DNA of 64,000 nt from Candidatus Caldarchaeum sp. (GTDB lineage: Archaea > Thermoproteota > Nitrososphaeria_A > Caldarchaeales > Caldarchaeaceae): NCBI GenBank assembly GCA_038831915.1, contig JAWBKB010000004.1:1-64000 (forward strand), written 5' to 3'. The stretch's first letter is position 1. The number at the start of each line of letters is the position of its first letter. This document shows, one piece after another, positions 19,875 to 29,186 of this stretch. The position numbers were made by a program, and so were the translations under genes. The notes below the pieces were generated by a model. The model ran no database searches. It saw nothing but the letters and a program-made list of their open reading frames with translations, and was not told where the DNA came from.

Positions 19875-22205
19875 TTATAGATGCGTGGCTTTGACTAATC
19901 CTTCAAGAACTTTGGAAGGTTTCAGCGGTAGCTCGCGGAAATAAACACCTGTTGCATGTGCGAGAGCTCCTGCGATTGAAGCGGCTGGAAGAACCACTGG
20001 GATTTCACCCATTGCTTTGGCTCCGAAAACGCCGATGCTTCCACGGACTTCGACGATGATGCTCTGTATTTCTTCTGGCGCGTCGGAGGCCGTTGGAATG
20101 ATGAATTGATGCAGGTTAGGGTTGACAAGGTAGCCGCCGTCGTGAATTATTTCCTCAGTCAAGGCATAGCCGAGGCCCATGATGCTCCCCCCTTCGTAAA
20201 CAGCCACCAGCCCCATCGGGTTGATGGCGCGTCCAACATCGTAAGCCGCGGTTAACCGGTCGACCTTCACCACACCGGTTTCGATGTCGACCGTGACTTC
20301 AGCCACCAACGCACCATAAGTGTACTGGTTGTAGGGAGCGCCTTGGCCTGTTTCGGGGTCCCATTTGGTTGGTGGAGCGATGTAGTAGCCGACCGCCTTG
20401 AGTGAAACGTTTTGCTCGTAGCATTTGTTGACTGCTTCACGCCAGCTCAGCGAACGGCCGTTTGGGGTCGTTATCTCGCCGTTTTTGAATTCGAGGTTCA
20501 AAGGCTCTGTGTTGAGGATTTTTGCCGCGACTGAGGCGACCGCGGCCCGTAGCTTTATCGCGGCATCTACCGCTGCTTGGCCGCCGATGACTGTTGTTCT
20601 CGAAGCGACTGTGGGGCCTGCGTTGGGAACCGCTGACGTGTCTGGCCTTTCGAGCCTGACCATGGAAAGCGGGATTCCGAGGACTTCGGCGGTCACTATG
20701 GCGAGAGACGTGAGAGCGCCTGTTCCGTATTCGGTCAACCCTGTCTGAACAACCACGGTGCCGTCACGTTCGATGCGCGAAACCACTGTAGCGAAGTCAT
20801 CCCCCTCGGGACCGAGAGTGTTGCCATGGTAGAGCAATGCGATTCCTATGCCTTTCTTCAAGACCTTGTTTCGACGATTGAATTCATCGAATTCAAGCCG
20901 TATACGTGTAAACTGAGACGTTTCCACGGCTCGCTGGAAACATCGGACGAGTCCGTCGTCTTCGATTTTCTGGCTGGTAGATGTTAAAGACCCGGGCTTG
21001 AGCATGTTCTTTTCACGAATTTCCAGAGGTGAAATGTTGAGCTCCTCTGCGAGCTCGTTCATTATCATTTCTGCGGCGAAATGTGCTTGAGGCGCGCCAA
21101 ATCCACGGGTTGAGCCGGCCATCGTGTTGTTAGTCAGCACGCAGTAGCCGTCAGCCCACACGTTCGGCACCTCATAAGGGCCTGTGCAGTGAAAAGTAGC
21201 CCGGCCGATGACAAGATGGCCTTTCGAAATGTAAGCGCCGGTGTCTTCGATAAGCTTGGACTTCCACGCATTAAGCCTGCCGTCTTTCATTGCACCGACA
21301 ACATTCGTAATTTCAAACGAATGTCTTTTACATTGAACGGTCATGGCTTCGCTCCGTGTAAAAGCCGCGAGCGCAGGTCTTCCAGTGTAGTAGGTAGCGA
21401 GACAGGCATACGCGGCGACGTCTATGGGTGTTTCATCGCTTTTTGGTCCGAAGCCGCCACCGGTAGCCGCCTGAACCACACGGAGCTTGTCATTGGGCAC
21501 GCCGAGTATTTTGATGACTTTGTTGTAGACGTCGTATAGGTTCTGCATCGATGAAATGCAGTTGATTCTTCCATCGCCGTCGAAGAAAGAATAGGCGATT
21601 TCAATTTCTAGCGGAAGCCCGGTGATGAACTGAGTCCGGTAAGTTCTTTCTATAACTACGTCGGATTCCCTCAGACCTTTTTCCACATCGCCTTTCCTAA
21701 TCTTGAAATGAGTAATTACGTTGTCGCGGTCTTGTATTCTCGGTGCGTCATGCTTCATTGCGTCGCGTGGATTAGTCACCACCGGCAATGGTTCGTAAAG
21801 CACGTCAACATGTTCAGCTGCTTCTTCAGCGTCTTCAACCGATTCGCCCACAACCAACGCCACGGCTTCACCGATATGCCGAACCTTGTCGAAGGCCAGT
21901 AAAGGCCTGTCCGAAATGAGGCTTCCGGCGTCGTTAACCCCAGGGATGTCTTGAGCCGTGAGAACTTTAACGACTCCTTTCCGGGTTAATGCGGAGCCGT
22001 AGTCGATTTTTTTGATGTAGCCGTGTGGAATTGTGGACCTGACGGCTTTGACGAAAAGGGTTTTTTCGGTTACGAGGTCTGCGGTGTAGATAGGTTTGCC
22101 CAGAACGGCGTCGAGAGCGTCGACCCGTGCGACTTTTTTCCCGACGATGAAAAATTCCCTTGCCTGGAGGATTTCTTGGAAACGTCTGAGAATTTCTTCG
22201 CTCAC
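19875..22205 (-). CDS. Xanthine dehydrogenase family molybdopterin-binding subunit
   Basis: GGGFGPK, RGFGAPQ, GPTVASR, AKAMGE (catalytic Glu). Confidence 0.95.
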   Translation of the reverse strand: MSEEILRRFQEILQAREFFIVGKKVARVDALDAVLGKPIYTADLVTEKTLFVKAVRSTIPHGYIKKIDYGSALTRKGVVKVLTAQDIPGVNDAGSLISDRPLLAFDKVRHIGEAVALVVGESVEDAEEAAEHVDVLYEPLPVVTNPRDAMKHDAPRIQDRDNVITHFKIRKGDVEKGLRESDVVIERTYRTQFITGLPLEIEIAYSFFDGDGRINCISSMQNLYDVYNKVIKILGVPNDKLRVVQAATGGGFGPKSDETPIDVAAYACLATYYTGRPALAAFTRSEAMTVQCKRHSFEITNVVGAMKDGRLNAWKSKLIEDTGAYISKGHLVIGRATFHCTGPYEVPNVWADGYCVLTNNTMAGSTRGFGAPQAHFAAEMIMNELAEELNISPLEIREKNMLKPGSLTSTSQKIEDDGLVRCFQRAVETSQFTRIRLEFDEFNRRNKVLKKGIGIALLYHGNTLGPEGDDFATVVSRIERDGTVVVQTGLTEYGTGALTSLAIVTAEVLGIPLSMVRLERPDTSAVPNAGPTVASRTTVIGGQAAVDAAIKLRAAVASVAAKILNTEPLNLEFKNGEITTPNGRSLSWREAVNKCYEQNVSLKAVGYYIAPPTKWDPETGQGAPYNQYTYGALVAEVTVDIETGVVKVDRLTAAYDVGRAINPMGLVAVYEGGSIMGLGYALTEEIIHDGGYLVNPNLHQFIIPTASDAPEEIQSIIVEVRGSIGVFGAKAMGEIPVVLPAASIAGALAHATGVYFRELPLKPSKVLEGLVKATHL

Positions 22206-22657
22206 CGCTTTTTCACCTTCTCAAACGCCTGTTCAAACCGGATATAACTACCGCATCTACACAAAACGCTGCGCAAAGCATGGCGGACCTCGTGCCGCGA
22301 CGCGCCCGGATTCATTTCGTAGAGATGTTTCAGCACCAGTAGTGCCGCAGGGATGCAGAACCCGCATTGAACCGCTCCAGTGTCGATAAAGGCTTGCTGA
22401 AGCGGGTGAAGCTTTCCATCGTCGCCGATGCCTTCAACGGTGGTAATGCTTTGGCCATGTGCCTGGTATGCGAGAACAAGACATGAATTGACCGGTTTTC
22501 CGTCAAGTAGGACTATGCAGAGGCCGCAGTCGCCGACGCCGCATCCCTGTTTCACAGATACATAGCCGAGCTTGCTACGCAGAACGTCGCTCAGCCTTTC
22601 GTTGGGCTCGACGTCAACCGAATATCTCTCTCCGTTCACGACCAATTCGACTTTCAT
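22202..22657 (-). CDS. XDH family 2x[2Fe-2S] subunit
   Basis: GCGVGDCGLC, QCGFC, LCRCG. Confidence 0.95.
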   Translation of the reverse strand: MKVELVVNGERYSVDVEPNERLSDVLRSKLGYVSVKQGCGVGDCGLCIVLLDGKPVNSCLVLAYQAHGQSITTVEGIGDDGKLHPLQQAFIDTGAVQCGFCIPAALLVLKHLYEMNPGASRHEVRHALRSVLCRCGSYIRFEQAFEKVKKR

Positions 22658-23487
22658 TCGCGACCCCCGCCATACTGCTCTAAAAGACGGCGGAACAAAA
22701 CACCTGCAACCTTCCGCCTATACCAGGAAGACGCCAAAACGTCATCAACTGGGTTTATCGAATCGCTTAAAAGCTGCGCCGCCTTGGCCAAAGTTTCGCC
22801 GGTCAAAGGCTTGTTTTCGAGGAATTTTTCAACCGAAAGAACCCGTCCAGGAGTATTCATGTCTCTGTGAGACACAGCTACCCTGACAAAGCCGTCTCTC
22901 ATGGCAACCGCGACGGATATCAGGGGATATCTCGAAACACCCATCCAAAGCTTCTCGAAAAAACACCAACTCGACATTGAGAAAATAACGCTTTTCAGCA
23001 AAGCTTTCTCAACCATGCCCTTAATCAGAAAATCATGAAGAGAAATCTTCTTCTCACCTTCGCGGGTGGCGAAGACCAATTCCGCGTCCATGGCTAGGAG
23101 AATGGGTAGAAGGTCTTCGGATGCTCTGCGAAGAATCACGCTTCCGCCGACTGTTGCGCGATACGAAACCGCCGGGGAAGAATAACTTGCGAGAAAATTC
23201 TCGAATGCTGGAACTGATTTTTTCAAAGCTGACGCGAGTTCGTGATGGGTGACCAACGCGCCCGCCGAAACGCGGCCGTTTTCCGTCCTAATTTCCCTTA
23301 GCTGCTCTATGCGAGTGATGTCGACGAATTTTCTGGTTTTCTTGGTTGCCATGGTTAGGGCTGTGATGATTTCTGTGCCGGCGGCTAAAATTTCGCGCGC
23401 AGGTTCGGCTTCGAGAAGGTTCAAAGCTTCGTCAACATTTTCGGCGACTGCGATGTCAAGTCGCGGAATGTTAAGATAGCCTATCAA
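22654..23487 (-). CDS. XDH family FAD-binding subunit
   Basis: AAGTE (variant of GGTD), RATVGG, DDVLASSWYRR. Confidence 0.88.
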   Translation of the reverse strand: MIGYLNIPRLDIAVAENVDEALNLLEAEPAREILAAGTEIITALTMATKKTRKFVDITRIEQLREIRTENGRVSAGALVTHHELASALKKSVPAFENFLASYSSPAVSYRATVGGSVILRRASEDLLPILLAMDAELVFATREGEKKISLHDFLIKGMVEKALLKSVIFSMSSWCFFEKLWMGVSRYPLISVAVAMRDGFVRVAVSHRDMNTPGRVLSVEKFLENKPLTGETLAKAAQLLSDSINPVDDVLASSWYRRKVAGVLFRRLLEQYGGGRE

Positions 23488-23490
23488 GTC

Positions 23491-24858
23491 TTACTTCACC
23501 TTAAGCGGCTCTACAGCTTCAGAAGGTGATTCCCCGAGACGGCTCCACAGTTTTTCGATGGTTTCAACGATGGTTTTTTCAGCTTTTTCTTTGTCAAGCT
23601 TCGTCAGGCGCCTGTTTTCCACGACTTGAACACCGTCGACAAACACATGCTCCACATCGCCGCCTTTCATACCGTTCACAAGATATCCATAAACGTTGCG
23701 GTTCATTGGTGTTGCGTATACTTCGGGCCTGACCACGATGACGTCGGCTTTCTTCCCTACTTCAATCGAACCGATGTCGAGTAGGCCATAGCATTTCGCA
23801 GCGTTAACGGTGGCGAGCTCAACGACTGTTTGTGGAGAAATTATGGATGGGTCTCTGCGGTGAACGCGATGTATGAGAAAGGCGGCTCTCATGTTTTCGA
23901 AGCCATCGAAAACGTATCCATCGTTGCCTAATCCAACGTTGATGTTTGCCTGCAGCATTTCGGGAAGGCTCATCACGCCGACGGCGTTGAGCATGTTGCT
24001 CATAGGATTGTGTGCCACATGTGTTCCTGTTGCGGCGCAGAGCTGGATTTCACGCTGGTTAAGATGGACGCAGTGCGCGAGAACCGTAGAAGGCCCGAGA
24101 AGACCTGTGTCTTTCAACCTCTCCACCGTCCGCTTCCCATATCGTTCAATGTTGTGGTAAACATCGTTCGGCCCCTCAGAAACATGAATAGTGATCGGTG
24201 CGCCGAATTTCTTCGCCGCCTCCATTCCCCGCGCGATGAGGTCATCAGTAATCGTGAAAGACGCGTGAAGGCTTATCATTCCCTTCGCGAGACCGTTACC
24301 ACCCTTTGCGAGAAACCTCACATTTTCTTCAAGTCCTCTCCTACCCTCTTCGACGCTTCGCCGCTCAGTCGCCTCAAACGATATAATTCCTCTGATTCCA
24401 ACTTCGTTGACGGCTTTTGCTATTGCGTCGAGGCTTCCCTCGGGGTTGGGAGGCGCTGAATAGGTGTCAGCGAAAGTGGTTGTTCCGTTTAGGACCATTT
24501 CCATGCAGGCCGCTAACGCGGTCGCATAGGCGTCGTCGTTGTCCATCTTTTCGTCGAGAGGCCACCAAATACGCTGCAGGTTCTCGAGAAAGTCTGTTGT
24601 TGGCCTAATCCGCAGTGGGGCGCCGCGTAAAGCAATACCGTAAAGATGGGTGTGTGCACAGACGAGGCCCGGCATGACGAAACAGCCGCTGGTGTCGATT
24701 ACCTTGTCGAACTTGCCTGCTTTCGCCGCTTCATCAGCTTTACCGACAAATGTTATTTTTCTGTTCTCGAAGCCGACTGCACCGTCCACGATGATTCTCC
24801 GTGATGCGTCCATGGTTACTACGACGCCGCCGCGGAGTAGTACCGACTGACTCACCAT
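23491..24858 (-). CDS. SsnA-like amidohydrolase
   Basis: MPGLVCAHTHLY, DFLENLQRIWWPLD (compare SsnA DFISTLKNLWWRLD), HVSEG, HNPMSNMLNAVG, GLGNDG. Confidence 0.88.
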   Translation of the reverse strand: MVSQSVLLRGGVVVTMDASRRIIVDGAVGFENRKITFVGKADEAAKAGKFDKVIDTSGCFVMPGLVCAHTHLYGIALRGAPLRIRPTTDFLENLQRIWWPLDEKMDNDDAYATALAACMEMVLNGTTTFADTYSAPPNPEGSLDAIAKAVNEVGIRGIISFEATERRSVEEGRRGLEENVRFLAKGGNGLAKGMISLHASFTITDDLIARGMEAAKKFGAPITIHVSEGPNDVYHNIERYGKRTVERLKDTGLLGPSTVLAHCVHLNQREIQLCAATGTHVAHNPMSNMLNAVGVMSLPEMLQANINVGLGNDGYVFDGFENMRAAFLIHRVHRRDPSIISPQTVVELATVNAAKCYGLLDIGSIEVGKKADVIVVRPEVYATPMNRNVYGYLVNGMKGGDVEHVFVDGVQVVENRRLTKLDKEKAEKTIVETIEKLWSRLGESPSEAVEPLKVK

Positions 24859-24859
24859 G

Positions 24860-25870
24860 CTACGCCTCCGCGATGCTTTTGATGAGGTATTCAGGGTCTC
24901 CGCTCAAGGGGAGCAAGAGGGGCGAAGTGCATCCATGAGCCATGTATTCCTTGACTTTGGCTATTACTTCTGAAACAGTTCCGGAGGCGGTTATCATGCG
25001 GACGACTTCATCGGGCACAATTTCCGTGGCTTTTTCTATTCCACCGGGTTTAGCGGGCCAACCGCCCATGACGCGTTGAACTTCCTCAATCAAATCTTCG
25101 CTTACGCCGCTCGCCTTCATGATGTGTGGTTGCTGTCCTAGAGTCATGGTTACGTGTTTTTTCGCGAGTTTGACCGCTTTATCGCTGTCAGGATGCATCG
25201 AGCATGCGATCAGCTGAGGTCTGTCGATGTCTTCGAGCCTTCGACCTACTTTGGCCGCTCCCTTGCGCAGATATTCGAGTGCGGTGTCGTTGTATTTCGG
25301 TGAAACCAGATAGTTTAGTAAGACGCCATCTCCGATTTCTCCTGCGAGCTCCATCATCTTCCACCCTGTGGCCCCGATGTAGATTGGGATATTACGCGGT
25401 TTTTCACCCGCGCCATGTAGAACGTCGAGCCTGACCCCACGCATCTTGACAAACTTCCCTTCGAACGTTACTTCTTCCATGCGGAAGAGCCGGCGAATTA
25501 CTTCGACGTATTCACGCATACACAGCAAAGGCTCTGTCCGTTCTATCCCTACTTTCCACGCGAGCGGGTCCCACCACGCCCCGAGGCCGAGCATCACCCT
25601 GCCATCGCTTAGCTCATCCATGGTGGCGAAAGTTTGAGCGATGAGGGCGGCGTTACGCGTCCATGTGTTGATGACGCCGGCTCCAACTCTGATTTTCGAA
25701 GTGACGGTGGCTATGGCCGTCATCGGTGTCAACGCGTCTCTGGCCAAACGTGATTCAGCAACCCACGCTGATTCGAAACCATACTGTTCAGCGAGCTGTG
25801 CATAACGAACCATGTCACGGACATGCATGTCTTGGAGATACAGACCCCAACGTATAGTGGACGTCATCAA
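24860..25870 (-). CDS. Mer-like luciferase-like (LLM) F420/flavin-dependent oxidoreductase
   Basis: GFESAWVAE, TMDELSDGRVMLGLG, IPIYIGATG, AGEIGDGVLL. Confidence 0.88.
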   Translation of the reverse strand: MMTSTIRWGLYLQDMHVRDMVRYAQLAEQYGFESAWVAESRLARDALTPMTAIATVTSKIRVGAGVINTWTRNAALIAQTFATMDELSDGRVMLGLGAWWDPLAWKVGIERTEPLLCMREYVEVIRRLFRMEEVTFEGKFVKMRGVRLDVLHGAGEKPRNIPIYIGATGWKMMELAGEIGDGVLLNYLVSPKYNDTALEYLRKGAAKVGRRLEDIDRPQLIACSMHPDSDKAVKLAKKHVTMTLGQQPHIMKASGVSEDLIEEVQRVMGGWPAKPGGIEKATEIVPDEVVRMITASGTVSEVIAKVKEYMAHGCTSPLLLPLSGDPEYLIKSIAEA

Positions 25871-25949
25871 ATACGTATTGAATGCGCGGTTTTTATTTGT
25901 TTGCGTACTTAATTCAAAAATATATCTCGCCGGTTACCTCTTATACTAA

Positions 25950-27737
25950 ATGTGGAAACGGGTAAAGCTTCCTCACGTAACAAAAAATTTGGTTAGAACA
26001 GCGTTGGGGCTTGAACACGCTGACCTAGTGATAACGAATGGTAATGTGGTTAATGTCCACACGCGGGAAATTATGGAGGAAGTGGATGTGGCGGTTAGGT
26101 TTGGAAGAGTTGCACTTGTTGGCGACGCGCAGCCATGCATCGGCCCCAACACGGTCGTTTACGACGCTTCTAACAAATTTCTGGTTCCAGGGTTGATAGA
26201 TCCCCATGTTCACATCGAAAGTTCGATGGTTGGTGTTACGGAATTCGCCCGCATAGTCCTACCGCATGGAACGACGACGGTGTTTATCGACCCGCATGAA
26301 ATCGGGAATGTTTTTGGATTGGACGGTGTGAAGTTGATGATTGATGAGTCGAAGAATTTACCGCTCAAAGTCTTTGTCACGTATCCTTCGTGTGTGCCGG
26401 CGGCTCCCGGCTTCGAAACAGCGGGGGCTGCTGTAGGGCCCGAGGAAGTCGCCGAAGCTATGAAGCTTGAAGAAGTAATTGCTCTCGGCGAGATGATGAA
26501 TTTCCCAGGAGTGTTGGCCGCTGATGAAAAAGTTCACGCCATGATTGCTGAAACCTTGAAAGCCGGCAAAATCGTTGAGGGACATGATTCGGGGCTTTTG
26601 GGCCGTGAACTAACTGCATACACGGCTGCGGGAATAACTTCCACACATGAAAGCGTCACCAAGCGACAAACTTTAGAAAGGCTGCGGAACGGCATGTATG
26701 TTTATCTCCGTGAAGGAAGCGCTTGGCTCGACGTAAAGGAAACCATCAGAGCATACACCGAGACAGGAATAGACCCGAGACACATCTGTCTCTGCACCGA
26801 CGACAAAGAGCCGGCTTCGATTCTCCGCGATGGACACATGGACCACAGCCTTCGTCGAGCAATCCAGGAAGGTGTTGACCCTTTGACGGCAATTCAAATG
26901 GCGACTTTAAACCCGGCTGAAAGATACCGTCTCTCCTACGAGCTTGGAAGCATCGCGCCGGCGAGGATGGCCGACATATTGGTCGTCTCGGATTTGTCGA
27001 AGTTCAAAATCGAAGCTGTTTTCGCTGACGGTGAGCTGGTGGCTGAAAACGGAAAACTCATCAAAAATCTTCCGTCATACAACTATACTGAAAAATTTAT
27101 GAGAAGCGTAAAAATTCCGAAGCAGTTTACACCTGAAGATTTCATAATCGGTACGAATCGCAAAGAGTCGGAGCTCCGTGTCCGAGTCATAGAAGCTATC
27201 GAAGGGAGTGTGTTGACTAAACATCGGATTGAGCGTCTCGAAGCTTCAAAAGGAGTTTTGCCAGCGGACCCGGATAGAAGCATTTTGAAAATCGCTGTTA
27301 TCGAGCGTCACGGCAAGACGGGTGCCATGTCTCTCGGCTTTACGAAAGGTTTCGGATTTAGGAAAGGTGCTGTTTCTTCGACCGTTGCTCATGACAGCCA
27401 CAATTTGATGGTTGTCGGATACGATGAAAAAGACATGGCTCTGGCTGCGAATGAAAACGCCCGCATCAACGGCGGAATCGTGACGGTCGCGGATGGAGAA
27501 GTATTGGCCCGTGTCGAACTTCCTTTGGCCGGGCTGATGTCCGTAGAGTCCGCCGAAAAAACCGCTGAAAAACTCAACAAAACCTATGAAATCTGGCGAA
27601 ATCTCGGATGCGAATGGGTTTCACCCTTTATGACGTTATCGCTTCTCAGTTTAAGCGTCATCCCCGAACTCCGAATCACCGACAAAGGCTTGCTGGACAC
27701 CGTGACGTTCCAGTTTGTCGACCTCATAATCGACTGA
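25950..27737 (+). CDS. ade: Adenine deaminase
   Basis: DPHVHIESSM, DPHEIGNV, GEMMNFPGV, REGSA, CTDD, AHDSHN. Confidence 0.95.
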   Translation: MWKRVKLPHVTKNLVRTALGLEHADLVITNGNVVNVHTREIMEEVDVAVRFGRVALVGDAQPCIGPNTVVYDASNKFLVPGLIDPHVHIESSMVGVTEFARIVLPHGTTTVFIDPHEIGNVFGLDGVKLMIDESKNLPLKVFVTYPSCVPAAPGFETAGAAVGPEEVAEAMKLEEVIALGEMMNFPGVLAADEKVHAMIAETLKAGKIVEGHDSGLLGRELTAYTAAGITSTHESVTKRQTLERLRNGMYVYLREGSAWLDVKETIRAYTETGIDPRHICLCTDDKEPASILRDGHMDHSLRRAIQEGVDPLTAIQMATLNPAERYRLSYELGSIAPARMADILVVSDLSKFKIEAVFADGELVAENGKLIKNLPSYNYTEKFMRSVKIPKQFTPEDFIIGTNRKESELRVRVIEAIEGSVLTKHRIERLEASKGVLPADPDRSILKIAVIERHGKTGAMSLGFTKGFGFRKGAVSSTVAHDSHNLMVVGYDEKDMALAANENARINGGIVTVADGEVLARVELPLAGLMSVESAEKTAEKLNKTYEIWRNLGCEWVSPFMTLSLLSLSVIPELRITDKGLLDTVTFQFVDLIID

Positions 27738-27777
27738 ATATGGCAAAAACATATATGCGGCGGACACAGGTAAATAA

Positions 27778-29142
27778 ATGATGGGGAAAGATAATCGAAT
27801 TTCGAGGAGAAAATTTCTCGCGGTATCTTCTGGTGTGGCCGCTGGAGGAATAGCAGCCGGTGCCATCGCGGGTGGTCTCGCCGGATATCTAATTGGCGCA
27901 TCTCAGGCTCCCGCTGCTGTGACGAGAACTGTGACGGCTCCCGCCCAAACGGTCACCACCACCGTTACAGCTCCCGAACGGCTGAAGGTGGGTTACATCT
28001 ACGTTGGGCCGGTAGGTGACTATGGTTGGACTTTTGCACATGACCAAGGGCGGAAATACGCCGACGGCCTCTACCGAAACGTCGACAGCATATACATCGA
28101 AAGCGTTCCCGACCCTCAGGCTCCGGGTGCTATTGAATCCTTGATAAATCAGGGCGCGGACCTTATTATCACAACGAGCTTCGGGTTCATGGATGCTACC
28201 GCTGAAGCCGCGGCGAGACATCGTGACAAATACTTTGTTCACATTTCGGGCTATCGGAGCGGAGCTGCTGGAAACGCGCCTCAAAACATGAGCAGTGCTT
28301 TCGCCGAGTTCTACCAGCTTTACTATCTCAACGGTTTGGCTGCCGGAGCTGTTACGCAGACAGGTGTCGTCGGATACGTTGCTGCTTTCCCAATTCCTGA
28401 AGTGGTGCGACACATAAACGCCTTTGTACTCGGAGCTAACTATGCATACAGGAGACGCACGGGCCGCAATATTCGAGCTTATGTTAGCTGGTTGTTCAGC
28501 TGGTTCGACCCTGGTAAAGCTAGAGAAGCATCCGTGGCTTTAATCGAGCAGTCCAACGCCGATGTTCTGGCTTTCACCGAGGACACCCCCGCTACTTTGC
28601 AGGTCGCTGAAGAATACACCACGCAAAGAGGCAGAAGAGTCTGGAGCTTCAGCCACTACAACGACATGTCCAGCTATGGTCCGAACGCTCATCTAACTGG
28701 TCAAATTGTGAACTGGGGCCCGATTTACCTCGACTTCTACCGGATGGTTGGAACTGGTTCTTGGGTTTCGGTCGACATCTGGACGAGAATCGGCGACTAC
28801 ATGCCCTTTAGGTGGACGAGACCGCCTGCTCAAAGCACGGCTACGCAGGTCGACGGCACGCTTCAGCTCGGCAAGCTAAGCCCAGCAATACCAAGCGAAT
28901 GGCAGGCTGAAATCAGGCTCCGCTACGAACAGATGAAAGAACTGCTTTTCGAACCTTTCAGCCCTGAAGGAAACCTTGGAGAGCCGATACGGGCCCAAGA
29001 CGGCGAAGTAATGATAGACGGCCAAACCTACGTCGTCAGCAAAAGAACCGGTGAAAGAAGGTCGGGTGCGAGGGCGGACCGAGACGCGTTGTGGGAAATG
29101 GACTGGTTCGTCGAATACATTGAAAGCGAGCTGCCCCGCTGA
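27778..29142 (+). CDS. BMP-family (purine/nucleoside) ABC substrate-binding protein with Tat signal
   Basis: SRRKFL twin-arginine motif, Thr-rich linker, VGPVGDYGWTFAHDQG, TTSFGFMD, PIPEVVRHINAF. Confidence 0.92.
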   Translation: MMGKDNRISRRKFLAVSSGVAAGGIAAGAIAGGLAGYLIGASQAPAAVTRTVTAPAQTVTTTVTAPERLKVGYIYVGPVGDYGWTFAHDQGRKYADGLYRNVDSIYIESVPDPQAPGAIESLINQGADLIITTSFGFMDATAEAAARHRDKYFVHISGYRSGAAGNAPQNMSSAFAEFYQLYYLNGLAAGAVTQTGVVGYVAAFPIPEVVRHINAFVLGANYAYRRRTGRNIRAYVSWLFSWFDPGKAREASVALIEQSNADVLAFTEDTPATLQVAEEYTTQRGRRVWSFSHYNDMSSYGPNAHLTGQIVNWGPIYLDFYRMVGTGSWVSVDIWTRIGDYMPFRWTRPPAQSTATQVDGTLQLGKLSPAIPSEWQAEIRLRYEQMKELLFEPFSPEGNLGEPIRAQDGEVMIDGQTYVVSKRTGERRSGARADRDALWEMDWFVEYIESELPR

Positions 29143-29186
29143 AAGCTTTTAAAACCCATAAATTTTTTGCAATTAAATTCACACTG

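Noticed and set aside
19875-23487. Aerobic CO dehydrogenase (coxLMS)
   Set aside because: Active-site loop is STRGFG, not the form I AYxCSFR motif
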